In this document: positions 55,113 through 63,739 of the stretch, piece by piece
Layout: each line of letters opens with the position of its first letter
Numbering within the stretch: position 1 is the stretch's first letter
Sequence record: KP869111
From: Escherichia coli O157 typing phage 13
Strand: one strand, 5' to 3'
Length of the DNA: 64,000 nt
Notes under the pieces: generated by a model
The model's database searches: none
Told to the model about the DNA's origin: nothing
What the model saw: only the letters and a program-made list of their open reading frames with translations
Position numbers and translations under genes: made by a program

Positions 55113-55928
55113 TTAACAATTTATAGACCAAGTCCATTTAGACGAATCTAAAGGAAAGTTTTGAATCGTCCACCATGGCTGCATATCGGTTGGTCCTGGA
55201 GTTCGCCAAGTATACGGATTCGACGGAGTGCCAATTTGATTAGGCCATGCACCTGGACTTGTTGCACCAGATTCTTTAAGCAAATCTGCCAATCGTTTTA
55301 AAAGGTCTTCACGATCTGAATCTGAATTATGCTCTGGCGGAACTAAACGAGATTCAATATCATCCCATGTGTGTACACGTTGTGCAGTGCGAGGAATATC
55401 ATCACGTTCACCACGAGCCAACCAATAAATCGGTACATTAAGAATTTCTGCCGCATGGTCACAGTGATGAGCTAAATCGTCAACGTAACAAATCACGTTA
55501 TACTTTGTTTTGGCTAGTTCGAATAATTGTTCTTTTGAAGAATCATGACCACACATCATTACTTCAGAGAAAGCGCCTGGGAACAAAGCATTCAAATTAA
55601 ATTGTCTATTCAATCGAGCATCAATTGAATCGCCTAGTGCCGTCACGGCTACAAAATTATAGTCTTCTTTTAGTTTATTGATAACTCGAAGAGCATCTGA
55701 ATAAGGCGCTAAGTAACGAATAAAATCAGAGCTATTATATTTTTCTATTAATTGTTTACCAAGGTTATCGTCGGTATTGAACAGTTTACCAGGAGAAATA
55801 AATTTTTCGTCCTGAATCATTTTTAAAATATGTTCTAATGGAAGATTATATTTTTGGGCAAAATAAGGAAGTCCAGATTGCCAACTTAAACATACACCAT
55901 CAATATCAGTCAAAATAGTAGGCTTCAT
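55113..55928 (-). CDS. HAD-superfamily phosphatase-like protein (30.2 position)
   Basis: 271 aa; HAD motif I DIDGV near N-terminus, later DD motif (YVDD); W/P-rich C-terminal extension. Confidence 0.75.
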   Translation of the reverse strand: MKPTILTDIDGVCLSWQSGLPYFAQKYNLPLEHILKMIQDEKFISPGKLFNTDDNLGKQLIEKYNSSDFIRYLAPYSDALRVINKLKEDYNFVAVTALGDSIDARLNRQFNLNALFPGAFSEVMMCGHDSSKEQLFELAKTKYNVICYVDDLAHHCDHAAEILNVPIYWLARGERDDIPRTAQRVHTWDDIESRLVPPEHNSDSDREDLLKRLADLLKESGATSPGAWPNQIGTPSNPYTWRTPGPTDMQPWWTIQNFPLDSSKWTWSINC

Positions 55929-56392
55929 AAAGAGTCTCTTAATAGGTTTAACACATCAATAAATTCAGCTTCAGTTAGTATTGTATCATCTTTTGTTAGG
56001 TGGCTAGCCATGCTGTGCTTCAAAATTTTTCCTTTAGAGGCTTGTAAGGCATCACGAAACCCCTTATTTTGGATCGCGGCTTCAAAATATGCATTTGTGT
56101 ATAATTCTTTCCACGCTTCGGAGTATCTTGAAAATGGAACTCCTAACCAGAAGAGAGTCCCACGGTCCTGAGCTCTTGCATAAGACCTTCCAGCTTGCTG
56201 TGCAGCCAATCCAGACAACCCAAATATACGTCTTTGTTGTTCAACATTTTTCACCTTACATCCTTGGAGAAATCCTTCAAGACCTCCGAATTGAATACCA
56301 TCCATAACAAAAGGCCATTGAGCAAAGTTACTTAATGCACATGACGGCCACTTGAAATTACTTCTTATTTCTAATTCAGACATCTTTAACAC
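55925..56392 (-). CDS. NADAR (YbiA/DUF1768-like) domain protein (30.3 position)
   Basis: 155 aa; LSNFAQWPFVMDG...EGFLQGCK aligns with YbiA FSNFAAWPIKVDG...EHYFQAQK. Confidence 0.75.
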   Translation of the reverse strand: MLKMSELEIRSNFKWPSCALSNFAQWPFVMDGIQFGGLEGFLQGCKVKNVEQQRRIFGLSGLAAQQAGRSYARAQDRGTLFWLGVPFSRYSEAWKELYTNAYFEAAIQNKGFRDALQASKGKILKHSMASHLTKDDTILTEAEFIDVLNLLRDSL

Positions 56393-56591
56393 TTATAATT
56401 TCAACATCAGCCCAATGGTCGTATCCGGGTATACGGTCTTCGATAGATAAATTTCCGTCATTTTTAGGTAGTTTAATCGATGTGATATACGGTTCTAAAT
56501 GGTCTTCTGTATGCGGAGAAACGTCTGTCACACGATAAGTAACTTCAACCATTTCCGTACCAAACAATTTCTGGATTAGTTTATTCAACAT
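56376..56591 (-). CDS. hypothetical protein (71 aa)
   Basis: ORF overlapping neighbours in operon-like arrangement. Confidence 0.55.
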   Translation of the reverse strand: MLNKLIQKLFGTEMVEVTYRVTDVSPHTEDHLEPYITSIKLPKNDGNLSIEDRIPGYDHWADVEIISVKDV

Positions 56592-56750
56592 GTTTCAACC
56601 CTTTAATAGGAGATAACTCTTTACCCATACGTATGTCAGAAGTCCCATCAACCCATTGAACAGCATACGCTTCATTGATAATTCCAGCGGCGGTTTTAAA
56701 TTCATGGAGAACTTTAAAAATCATCCCAGGGATTCCAACACCTTTTAATT
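56581..56750 (-). CDS. hypothetical protein, 3' portion only (5' end lies in N-run)
   Basis: Open minus-strand frame from the N-run to TAA at 56581-56583. Confidence 0.4.
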
Positions 56751-56868
56751 NNNNNNNNNNNNNNNNNNNNNNNNNNNNNNNNNNNNNNNNNNNNNNNNNN
56801 NNNNNNNNNNNNNNNNNNNNNNNNNNNNNNNNNNNNNNNNNNNNNNNNNNNNNNNNNNNNNNNNNNNN
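56751..56868. other. run of N (masked/undetermined bases)
   Basis: 118 N. Confidence 0.95.
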
Positions 56869-56884
56869 CGTCCTTGGATGTAAA

Positions 56885-57499
56885 CTACTTAACGAAATTA
56901 ATTTCTACCGGATGAACGACAGGTTGAGCAGTGATATATTGAGTAATTGCTTTCATGACTAGAGCTTCAGAACCAGGATTTTTCTCAACGAATTCACGTG
57001 CTTGGTTATGAGCTTCAAGTTCACTTAGTAAACCACTTCGTTGGCATCCACGGTCTTGAGTACCCTGTTCAGATAAAAAGACGACGATGTATTTTTCATC
57101 GTCATACGGTTTAGACGGTTGAGCAAATGTTCCTTTACTTCCGAAAGGAGAGTTATGACGCCACATATCGCCGTGAGGAGTTTCAACCTTCGTATATTCG
57201 TGCGGGCCATTTTTCTTAATTTCTTGATGTGGAACTTCATAGATCTTAGGGTTAGGACATTCAATAAAATGCTCATCTAAATCAGTCGAGAATATTAAAG
57301 TAAAACAATTACTGAATTTACCGACACCTGCCTGATAAATTTTACCTTCAGAAGTTCTAATTTCACAAACTGAGCCGGCATCAGTAACTTCTAAAACTTC
57401 AAAAGGCTCGATAAGGTCATATGAGAACATGTTTTTAAGGCGTGGAGTAATATCCCCATTTTTAAAATTCATTTTATAAAAAGTATTAACTTTAAACAT
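56885..57499 (-). CDS. hypothetical protein (204 aa)
   Basis: Long ORF with GAGGAA RBS. Confidence 0.65.
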   Translation of the reverse strand: MFKVNTFYKMNFKNGDITPRLKNMFSYDLIEPFEVLEVTDAGSVCEIRTSEGKIYQAGVGKFSNCFTLIFSTDLDEHFIECPNPKIYEVPHQEIKKNGPHEYTKVETPHGDMWRHNSPFGSKGTFAQPSKPYDDEKYIVVFLSEQGTQDRGCQRSGLLSELEAHNQAREFVEKNPGSEALVMKAITQYITAQPVVHPVEINFVK

Positions 57500-57511
57500 A
57501 ATTTCCTCAGT

Positions 57512-57527
57512 GGGAGCCGAAGCTCCC
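57512..57527 (-). promoter_or_regulatory. intercistronic hairpin GGGAGC-CGAA-GCUCCC just upstream of the RBS of the 204-aa ORF
   Basis: Perfect 6-bp stem; no U-tract, so not a canonical terminator. Confidence 0.45.
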
Positions 57528-57534
57528 AGTTAAA

Positions 57535-57900
57535 TTAGATATCAAATTCATTAAGAACTACATCAAAGATTGCTTCAAGATGTTCAGGTTTAGCTCGATG
57601 ACTCAGGATATGACGAATCCAAGTTTTAACCAGAAGTTCACGATTATCACCATTCCAGCAAGGATGAGTACCTAAATCGCGCTGACGGAAATCATCATCT
57701 AATGCAATTTTAAAATTTGAACCTTCCATCGTGATTGAAACCGTGATGCCATTTTCAAATCGCATATAAACGTAATTAGGAGTCATGCACTGTTCGATTT
57801 CACAAACTGTACCGTTTTCGTGTTTCCATAAGCAAATAACTTCAGAAGAACCAGCGATACCGTTAGAAACATATTTACGTTCGAAGTTGATGTAGTTCAT
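57535..57900 (-). CDS. hypothetical protein (121 aa), possible paralog of the next ORF
   Basis: Own early promoter; shared CMTP motif with adjacent ORF. Confidence 0.65.
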   Translation of the reverse strand: MNYINFERKYVSNGIAGSSEVICLWKHENGTVCEIEQCMTPNYVYMRFENGITVSITMEGSNFKIALDDDFRQRDLGTHPCWNGDNRELLVKTWIRHILSHRAKPEHLEAIFDVVLNEFDI

Positions 57901-57928
57901 TTTATTCTCCGGATGTTTAAGTTGTTTG

Positions 57929-57970
57929 TTGGTACAGGTCTATAATAACATAACCTGTACCAAAGTAAAC
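57929..57970 (-). promoter_or_regulatory. early promoter (GTTTAC - 17 nt - TATTAT) with perfect 10-bp inverted repeat TTGGTACAGG/CCTGTACCAA flanking the -10
   Basis: Inverted repeat 57929-57938 and 57954-57963 with the -10 in the 15-bp spacer. Confidence 0.55.
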
Positions 57971-57974
57971 TGTT

Positions 57975-58343
57975 TTATGCAACTTTAATCCAATTGTCTA
58001 AATTTAAAACACCTTTGGCTTTCATTTTTTCGATCAGGTTATCTGCTGTAATGCGTCCATTTTGATACCATGTAACATCTTCAGAGTAACCAGTTTCTTC
58101 GTCAACATATGTTTCTGAACGAATTTTACCGGTAATAATAGTTTTTAATTCGTATGTGTCACCTGTGAAAAAGTTTGCTAACACAATTTTCCAAGAGAAA
58201 TCATTTGAAGGACCTTCAGGGGTCATACAACTTACGAACTCAAATTGCTCTTTGTATAACATCCACTGGAATTCTTTAATTTCGATAGCTTTATAACCGT
58301 CGTGGTCTTTACATTTGATGTATGAGTTCAGATTGATTTTCAT
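57975..58343 (-). CDS. hypothetical protein (122 aa)
   Basis: Own early promoter and conserved leader CCGGAGAATAAAATG shared with downstream cassette. Confidence 0.65.
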   Translation of the reverse strand: MKINLNSYIKCKDHDGYKAIEIKEFQWMLYKEQFEFVSCMTPEGPSNDFSWKIVLANFFTGDTYELKTIITGKIRSETYVDEETGYSEDVTWYQNGRITADNLIEKMKAKGVLNLDNWIKVA

Positions 58344-58384
58344 TTTATTCTCCGGTTGTTTTATTGATTAGGTGGTACAAGTCT

Positions 58385-58413
58385 ATAGTAACACATCCTA
58401 CAGGAGAGTAAAC
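58385..58413 (-). promoter_or_regulatory. T4-type early promoter (GTTTAC - 17 nt - TACTAT)
   Basis: Consensus-like elements upstream of ATG at 58343. Confidence 0.55.
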
Positions 58414-58449
58414 ATCTTTTTAATCTTTTTCTGCCCTAAACGCACAAAA

Positions 58450-58467
58450 GGGAGACCGAAGTCTCCC
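58450..58467 (-). terminator. hairpin GGGAGAC-UUCG-GUCUCCC followed by UUUUG (minus strand)
   Basis: Perfect 7-bp stem immediately after stop of the small basic ORF. Confidence 0.6.
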
Positions 58468-58472
58468 TAAAA

Positions 58473-58652
58473 TTATGCAACAACCTTTCCAAAACGAGAA
58501 GCATCATCTCGAAGAACTGCACGTGCTCTGCGCATGATCTTCTCAACTGTTTGATTAATACGAGAGTTCGACCCACGCTTGTATCCAGCGCGTTTAGAGG
58601 TACCATCAACTTTCTTTTCAACTGCTTTCTTTGCTTTAGCTTGTTTTGCCAT
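58473..58652 (-). CDS. small basic protein (59 aa, K/R-rich)
   Basis: ATG-initiated ORF MAKQAKAKKAVEKK... ending before the terminator hairpin; preferred over TTG-initiated track ORF 58436..58621. Confidence 0.5.
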   Translation of the reverse strand: MAKQAKAKKAVEKKVDGTSKRAGYKRGSNSRINQTVEKIMRRARAVLRDDASRFGKVVA

Positions 58653-58808
58653 TATAAATTCTCTTTAAATGAAAATGCAGGACTTATTGACATTGCCTGC
58701 GCAAGCCCTCAAGGGGAACATAGGTTTTGGATATTTAACGACAGGATAACCATAAACCCGTCATCATACCAACCACGACTTAGACAGATAACCTTTTTCT
58801 GACGCGTG

Positions 58809-58837
58809 ATAGTACAAAATACATTCAAGAGGTACAC
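58809..58837 (-). promoter_or_regulatory. candidate early promoter (GTGTAC - 17 nt - TACTAT) inside the ORF-free region downstream of rIII
   Basis: One mismatch to GTTTAC; would give a ~150-nt leader for the small basic ORF. Confidence 0.3.
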
Positions 58838-58920
58838 CGTAAAATTGTCGGGGCGGTACTTCTAAAACATACCGATTCGCAAATCGATAATCAGACAATT
58901 CGACGGCTCCTCGATTTAAC

Positions 58921-59169
58921 TTACTTCAGGGTAATAATAAAATGACGTACTGCTTTACGAGCTGCTGAAGCCAGAGGCTTAGCATATTTCAGTTCATCTT
59001 TTGCTTCCAGTTCAGCAGCCAGAGTAGCCTGAGCAGGATTCAGATGTTTGAAATATCGCAGGATTTCCAGTGCTTCGGCTTCAACATCAATTGAAGCGCC
59101 GTAGTTTTCGTGACCGTTATTCCATGCGTTGCGTTGCAGTTCAAGAGCGTGTTGTAATTGTTTAATCAT
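58921..59169 (-). CDS. rIII: rIII lysis inhibition accessory protein
   Basis: 82 aa; matches T4 RIII from memory. Confidence 0.85.
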   Translation of the reverse strand: MIKQLQHALELQRNAWNNGHENYGASIDVEAEALEILRYFKHLNPAQATLAAELEAKDELKYAKPLASAARKAVRHFIITLK

Positions 59170-59285
59170 TTTAAATTCTCAATTCGAGATAATATTTAGT
59201 AGCCACGTTCGTCTGAATTTCACCTTCTTTCGACAGGTCTCTCAGTTGTAGGCTACCGCTTAGAAGAGTGTTCTCTTCATATAGT

Positions 59286-59293
59286 TATTTATA
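59286..59293 (-). promoter_or_regulatory. late promoter TATAAATA (minus strand) upstream of rIII
   Basis: Exact motif in the 31/rIII intergenic region. Confidence 0.45.
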
Positions 59294-59626
59294 TCACTTA
59301 TAAAGACACGGAATAGCTTTATAGTGGCATGTTACGAATTTCTGTTTAATTTCTTTAGGTTGTTTAAGTCCCAAAGCCACAAATGGATGTGGAACATTTC
59401 GAATTTGTCCAACTGGTAGTGGAGTCAAATCACCGACTTCAACAAAACCTTCAGGAACATCAGGACCTACAGAATGAACTACACATAGTTCAGGAACTTC
59501 ACCTTGAACACGTTTACCGATCACAAGTCCTGATTCGGTAACTTCTTCATCACCTGCTTGAGCGGGTTCAGAAACCAGAATGACATATTCACCAACAGCA
59601 CGAATTGGGAGTTGTACTTCAGACAT
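59294..59626 (-). CDS. 31: gp31 co-chaperonin (GroES-like)
   Basis: 110 aa; matches T4 gp31 from memory. Confidence 0.9.
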   Translation of the reverse strand: MSEVQLPIRAVGEYVILVSEPAQAGDEEVTESGLVIGKRVQGEVPELCVVHSVGPDVPEGFVEVGDLTPLPVGQIRNVPHPFVALGLKQPKEIKQKFVTCHYKAIPCLYK

Positions 59627-59655
59627 CTTATTTCCTTGTTGTTTGACGATAGATT

Positions 59656-59682
59656 AATAATACCATACTATTCGTAAAGCAT
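59656..59682 (-). promoter_or_regulatory. candidate middle promoter for gene 31: MotA box TATGCTTTA - 12 nt - TATTAT
   Basis: MotA-box consensus with proper spacing to -10. Confidence 0.5.
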
Positions 59683-59683
59683 A

Positions 59684-59992
59684 TTACATAAGAAGCAAAC
59701 GTTCTACCGGAGTACCATCAACCGAAATTACTTTATCAAGGCGGAAAGAACGCCACTGGCCTAACTTGGTATCGAATGCTCGAACTGATTCACGAGGTTC
59801 AGAACGAACTTCTGTTGCCGGATTGTTATTTTCATATTTGACTTCAAGTTCATCACGCGAAGCAAACATAGTGCGTACCTCGCCGTTAGCCTTTTCAAAT
59901 ACAACACAATGAACGCCTACAGACAGAATAGTTTTAATACGTTCACGAAGAACCATAGTTTCTTGTTCAGTTAAAATCATATTATTCACCAC
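59684..59992 (-). CDS. hypothetical protein (31.1 position)
   Basis: 102-aa ORF overlapping cd stop region. Confidence 0.6.
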   Translation of the reverse strand: MVNNMILTEQETMVLRERIKTILSVGVHCVVFEKANGEVRTMFASRDELEVKYENNNPATEVRSEPRESVRAFDTKLGQWRSFRLDKVISVDGTPVERLLLM

Positions 59993-60563
59993 AAAAGTTT
60001 CGGATTTGTTCCCAATTCAGAGAACGAAGATTATTACGAGAGTACTGAATTACTTCAATACCGGCTTGTTTTAGAATGTCTGCCCAATTTTCAGGAGATC
60101 TGTCATATAATTCTGCGTATACAACCTTTTTAATACCTGACTGTGTAATAGCTTTAGTGCAATCAGGACATGGAGAAAGTGTCGTATACAACGTAGCACC
60201 TTCAATAGAATTACCTTTACGAGCTGCAAACAAAATTGCATTCAGTTCCGCATGGATTTCGTTATTAGCGGACCATGCACTATGAGCAGCCCGATGTTCT
60301 TTAGCCAAAACAAAATTATCCACCCGTCCAAATGCTGTAGTGCCTTCTTTATGCCCAGCAACGATGACCGGGCTTGGTTTATTCTTCAACCAACCGTTTT
60401 CGGATGCATGTTCACAACAGTTAACACCACCGGCCGGGCTACCGTTATACCCAGTAGAGATAATGCGTCCATCTTTTTCAATGACGGCACCAACTTTCCA
60501 TGAACAACATTTTGATTCTTGAGAAATCAAATAAGCAATTTGAAGATATGTGCTAGCTTTCAT
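59982..60563 (-). CDS. cd: dCMP deaminase
   Basis: 193 aa; zinc-binding motifs HAELNAI and PCPDC. Confidence 0.95.
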   Translation of the reverse strand: MKASTYLQIAYLISQESKCCSWKVGAVIEKDGRIISTGYNGSPAGGVNCCEHASENGWLKNKPSPVIVAGHKEGTTAFGRVDNFVLAKEHRAAHSAWSANNEIHAELNAILFAARKGNSIEGATLYTTLSPCPDCTKAITQSGIKKVVYAELYDRSPENWADILKQAGIEVIQYSRNNLRSLNWEQIRNFCGE

Positions 60564-61555
60564 TATTGAACCTTATTAATATAAGTTAACAGCTCTTTAG
60601 TTTGTTCCCAACTGATGCACGCATCGGTAACGGAAACGCCATAGGACATATTATCAGAAATTTTTTGATTTCCTTCATGTAGGAATGATTCTATCATAAT
60701 TCCTTTGACCAAATCATTAGCTGCTAAATTTTTACCAATACCAATTTGATTGCTATAATGCCCATCAGCGTTTGCATGGCTACAGTCAACCATTACATAA
60801 TGATTCAGACCTACTGCCCTTGCTTTGTTAGAAGCTTCTTGAATATCAGAAGAATGATAGTTCGGGCCGTTGGTCCCGCCACGCAATACGATATGCGTAT
60901 TCTGATTACCTTCAGCTTCAACAATGCCTACAGTACCATCGACGTCCATACCCATATACCGATGAGGCCAGGCGGCACTATACATCGCGTCTGTAGCTAC
61001 TTTAATAGAACCATTGGTTGCGTTCTTGAAGCCTACGCACATCGGTAGACCTGAAGCAATTTCACGATGTGTCTGACTTTCAGTCGTACGGGCGCCAATA
61101 GCAACCCATGAGAAAATACCAGAAAGATACTTAATCGTGAATGGGTCTAATACTTCAGTTGCTAATGGAAGTCCCATACGTAGAAGTTTACGACACAATG
61201 TTCGTGCAACTATAAGACCGTGGTTCATATCAAAACTTCCGTCAAGATATGGATCATTTACAAGACCTTTCCAACCTACGGTAGTTCGAGGCTTTTCAAA
61301 ATAAACGCGCATCACTAACAGAACATTAGGAAGACGAGTTTGAAGTTCAGCCAGACGTTTGCCGTATTCAACAGCAGCAATAGGGTCATGAATTGAACAA
61401 GGACCTACAACAATAAGTTTGCGTGGGTCTTCACCGTTCATAATCGAATTAACTTGTTCGCGATGAGAAGCCACTTGTGATGCGTAAGCTTCCGACAAAG
61501 GAATAATCTCAGCCAGTTCTTTTGGAGAAATAAGTTTTCCGACGACAGGTAACAT
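60563..61555 (-). CDS. 3-deoxy-D-arabino-heptulosonate 7-phosphate (DAHP) synthase, class I (AroG-like)
   Basis: 330 aa; collinear with E. coli AroG from memory; KPRTTVGWKGL motif and metal ligands C (GPCSIHDP), H (DCSHAN), E (ESFLHEGNQ), D (SVTDACI); stop overlaps cd start. Confidence 0.9.
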   Translation of the reverse strand: MLPVVGKLISPKELAEIIPLSEAYASQVASHREQVNSIMNGEDPRKLIVVGPCSIHDPIAAVEYGKRLAELQTRLPNVLLVMRVYFEKPRTTVGWKGLVNDPYLDGSFDMNHGLIVARTLCRKLLRMGLPLATEVLDPFTIKYLSGIFSWVAIGARTTESQTHREIASGLPMCVGFKNATNGSIKVATDAMYSAAWPHRYMGMDVDGTVGIVEAEGNQNTHIVLRGGTNGPNYHSSDIQEASNKARAVGLNHYVMVDCSHANADGHYSNQIGIGKNLAANDLVKGIMIESFLHEGNQKISDNMSYGVSVTDACISWEQTKELLTYINKVQ

Positions 61556-61658
61556 AACAATCCTTAGGAGATATAAACAGATTCTGATTCAACAATACCT
61601 TTAACCGGATTAGACAGGCTAAGTTGGTAGTGCTCAGATTTATGACCATTCTCGATAG

Positions 61659-61678
61659 TAATGAGATAGCTCTCATTA
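61659..61678 (-). promoter_or_regulatory. hairpin AAUGAGA-GCUA-UCUCAUU overlapping the stop codon of the upstream ORF, in the leader of the DAHP synthase gene
   Basis: 7-bp perfect stem; no U-tract. Confidence 0.4.
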
Positions 61679-61912
61679 TAGTGTTCCATATACTCGAGTT
61701 GCTTCAACAAGACCATCACTGCCTAATTTAAGATTAGTAATTTGGTCACCATCTTTAGGATTAACGATTATGAGAAAAGAACGTGGAGATTCTTGAATAA
61801 CTCGTAATGTTGCATCTTGGAAACGTTCAGACACTTTATTGATGAGTGCTTGAGCAAATTCTTTTACTTTAATCTGAAATTCGTGTACTGTAATTGGGTT
61901 TTCACTTAGCAT
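61676..61912 (-). CDS. hypothetical protein (78 aa)
   Basis: Own early promoter and GAGGAA RBS. Confidence 0.6.
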   Translation of the reverse strand: MLSENPITVHEFQIKVKEFAQALINKVSERFQDATLRVIQESPRSFLIIVNPKDGDQITNLKLGSDGLVEATRVYGTL

Positions 61913-61940
61913 TTCTATTTCCTCATTTGTTGGTAGAGTT

Positions 61941-61970
61941 ATAGTATCACAACTCCACCATGTTGTAAAC
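61941..61970 (-). promoter_or_regulatory. T4-type early promoter (GTTTAC - 18 nt - TGTGATACTAT)
   Basis: Consensus-like elements upstream of ATG at 61912. Confidence 0.6.
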
Positions 61971-61972
61971 CA

Positions 61973-62248
61973 TTAAATTGCTTTGCATTCAATTTTTTGT
62001 GTACCGAAATTGATATCACACTGGATAACTAAATCGCCGTCAAGATCAAATACCACTATGACGTGTGCAGACCCAGGGAGAAGAGTAATAGCAATAGAAT
62101 CTACTTGGTCTGGGAGCAAAGCATTGAGTACATGAGTTAGTTGAGCATGAACTCTGAGTTCGGCTGCATTATCAAGCACTTCAAACATATTATTAGCAAT
62201 AATCTGACTGAAGACTACCTTTACAATTTCAGAATAAGTTGGGAACAT
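61973..62248 (-). CDS. hypothetical protein (91 aa)
   Basis: ORF in cd-pseT interval. Confidence 0.6.
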   Translation of the reverse strand: MFPTYSEIVKVVFSQIIANNMFEVLDNAAELRVHAQLTHVLNALLPDQVDSIAITLLPGSAHVIVVFDLDGDLVIQCDINFGTQKIECKAI

Positions 62249-62255
62249 AATTACC

Positions 62256-62480
62256 TCAGTGTACAGTATTTACTTTAACTCGAACAACAAATCGCTCGGT
62301 CGGTTCACCTACAGGAACAAACTCTACATGATATTCACCTTTGTAACGAGTATTCAGATCATTACGAATTCCTGCGAGTTTGTTGATTAATGTAGGACTC
62401 ATATTAAGTCCCACTAGTTTACGAAGCATTTTGTATGCTTCATCTTCGATTTCATGATGTTTATCGTACATAGTTTTCAT
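62256..62480 (-). CDS. hypothetical protein (74 aa)
   Basis: ORF in cd-pseT interval. Confidence 0.6.
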   Translation of the reverse strand: MKTMYDKHHEIEDEAYKMLRKLVGLNMSPTLINKLAGIRNDLNTRYKGEYHVEFVPVGEPTERFVVRVKVNTVH

Positions 62481-62651
62481 TTAACCATTCAATTGCCTGG
62501 TCGACGTTATCAAATATACCGCCGTCCAAACGTTCTTCATGCTCATAGTCCAGCACATCAATACCGAACTGTCCATTTACTAAAGGCCAGGCTACAAACA
62601 AATATTCTTTATGCTGTTCGATGGCCTCAATCACTTCATATAATCGTTTCA

Positions 62652-62652
<1 letters not shown>
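62461..62652 (-). CDS. hypothetical protein (63 aa)
   Basis: ORF overlapping pseT stop by 1 nt. Confidence 0.55.

Positions 62653-63716
<1,064 letters not shown>

Positions 63717-63739
<23 letters not shown>

Noticed and set aside
56675-56962. Plus-strand ORF spanning the N-run; similarly 19622..20017 (minus)
   Set aside because: Frames are held open only by masked bases (translated as X) and are antisense to better-supported genes.
58436-58621. TTG-initiated minus-strand ORF in the track
   Set aside because: Reads through a strong terminator hairpin and conflicts with the ATG-initiated basic ORF 58473..58652 that ends before it. Uncertain without expression data.
58551-58802. Plus-strand ORF (83 aa) running into the rIII-downstream non-coding region
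   Set aside because: Low-complexity hydrophobic translation with no RBS; it overlaps the better-supported minus-strand basic ORF and terminator.
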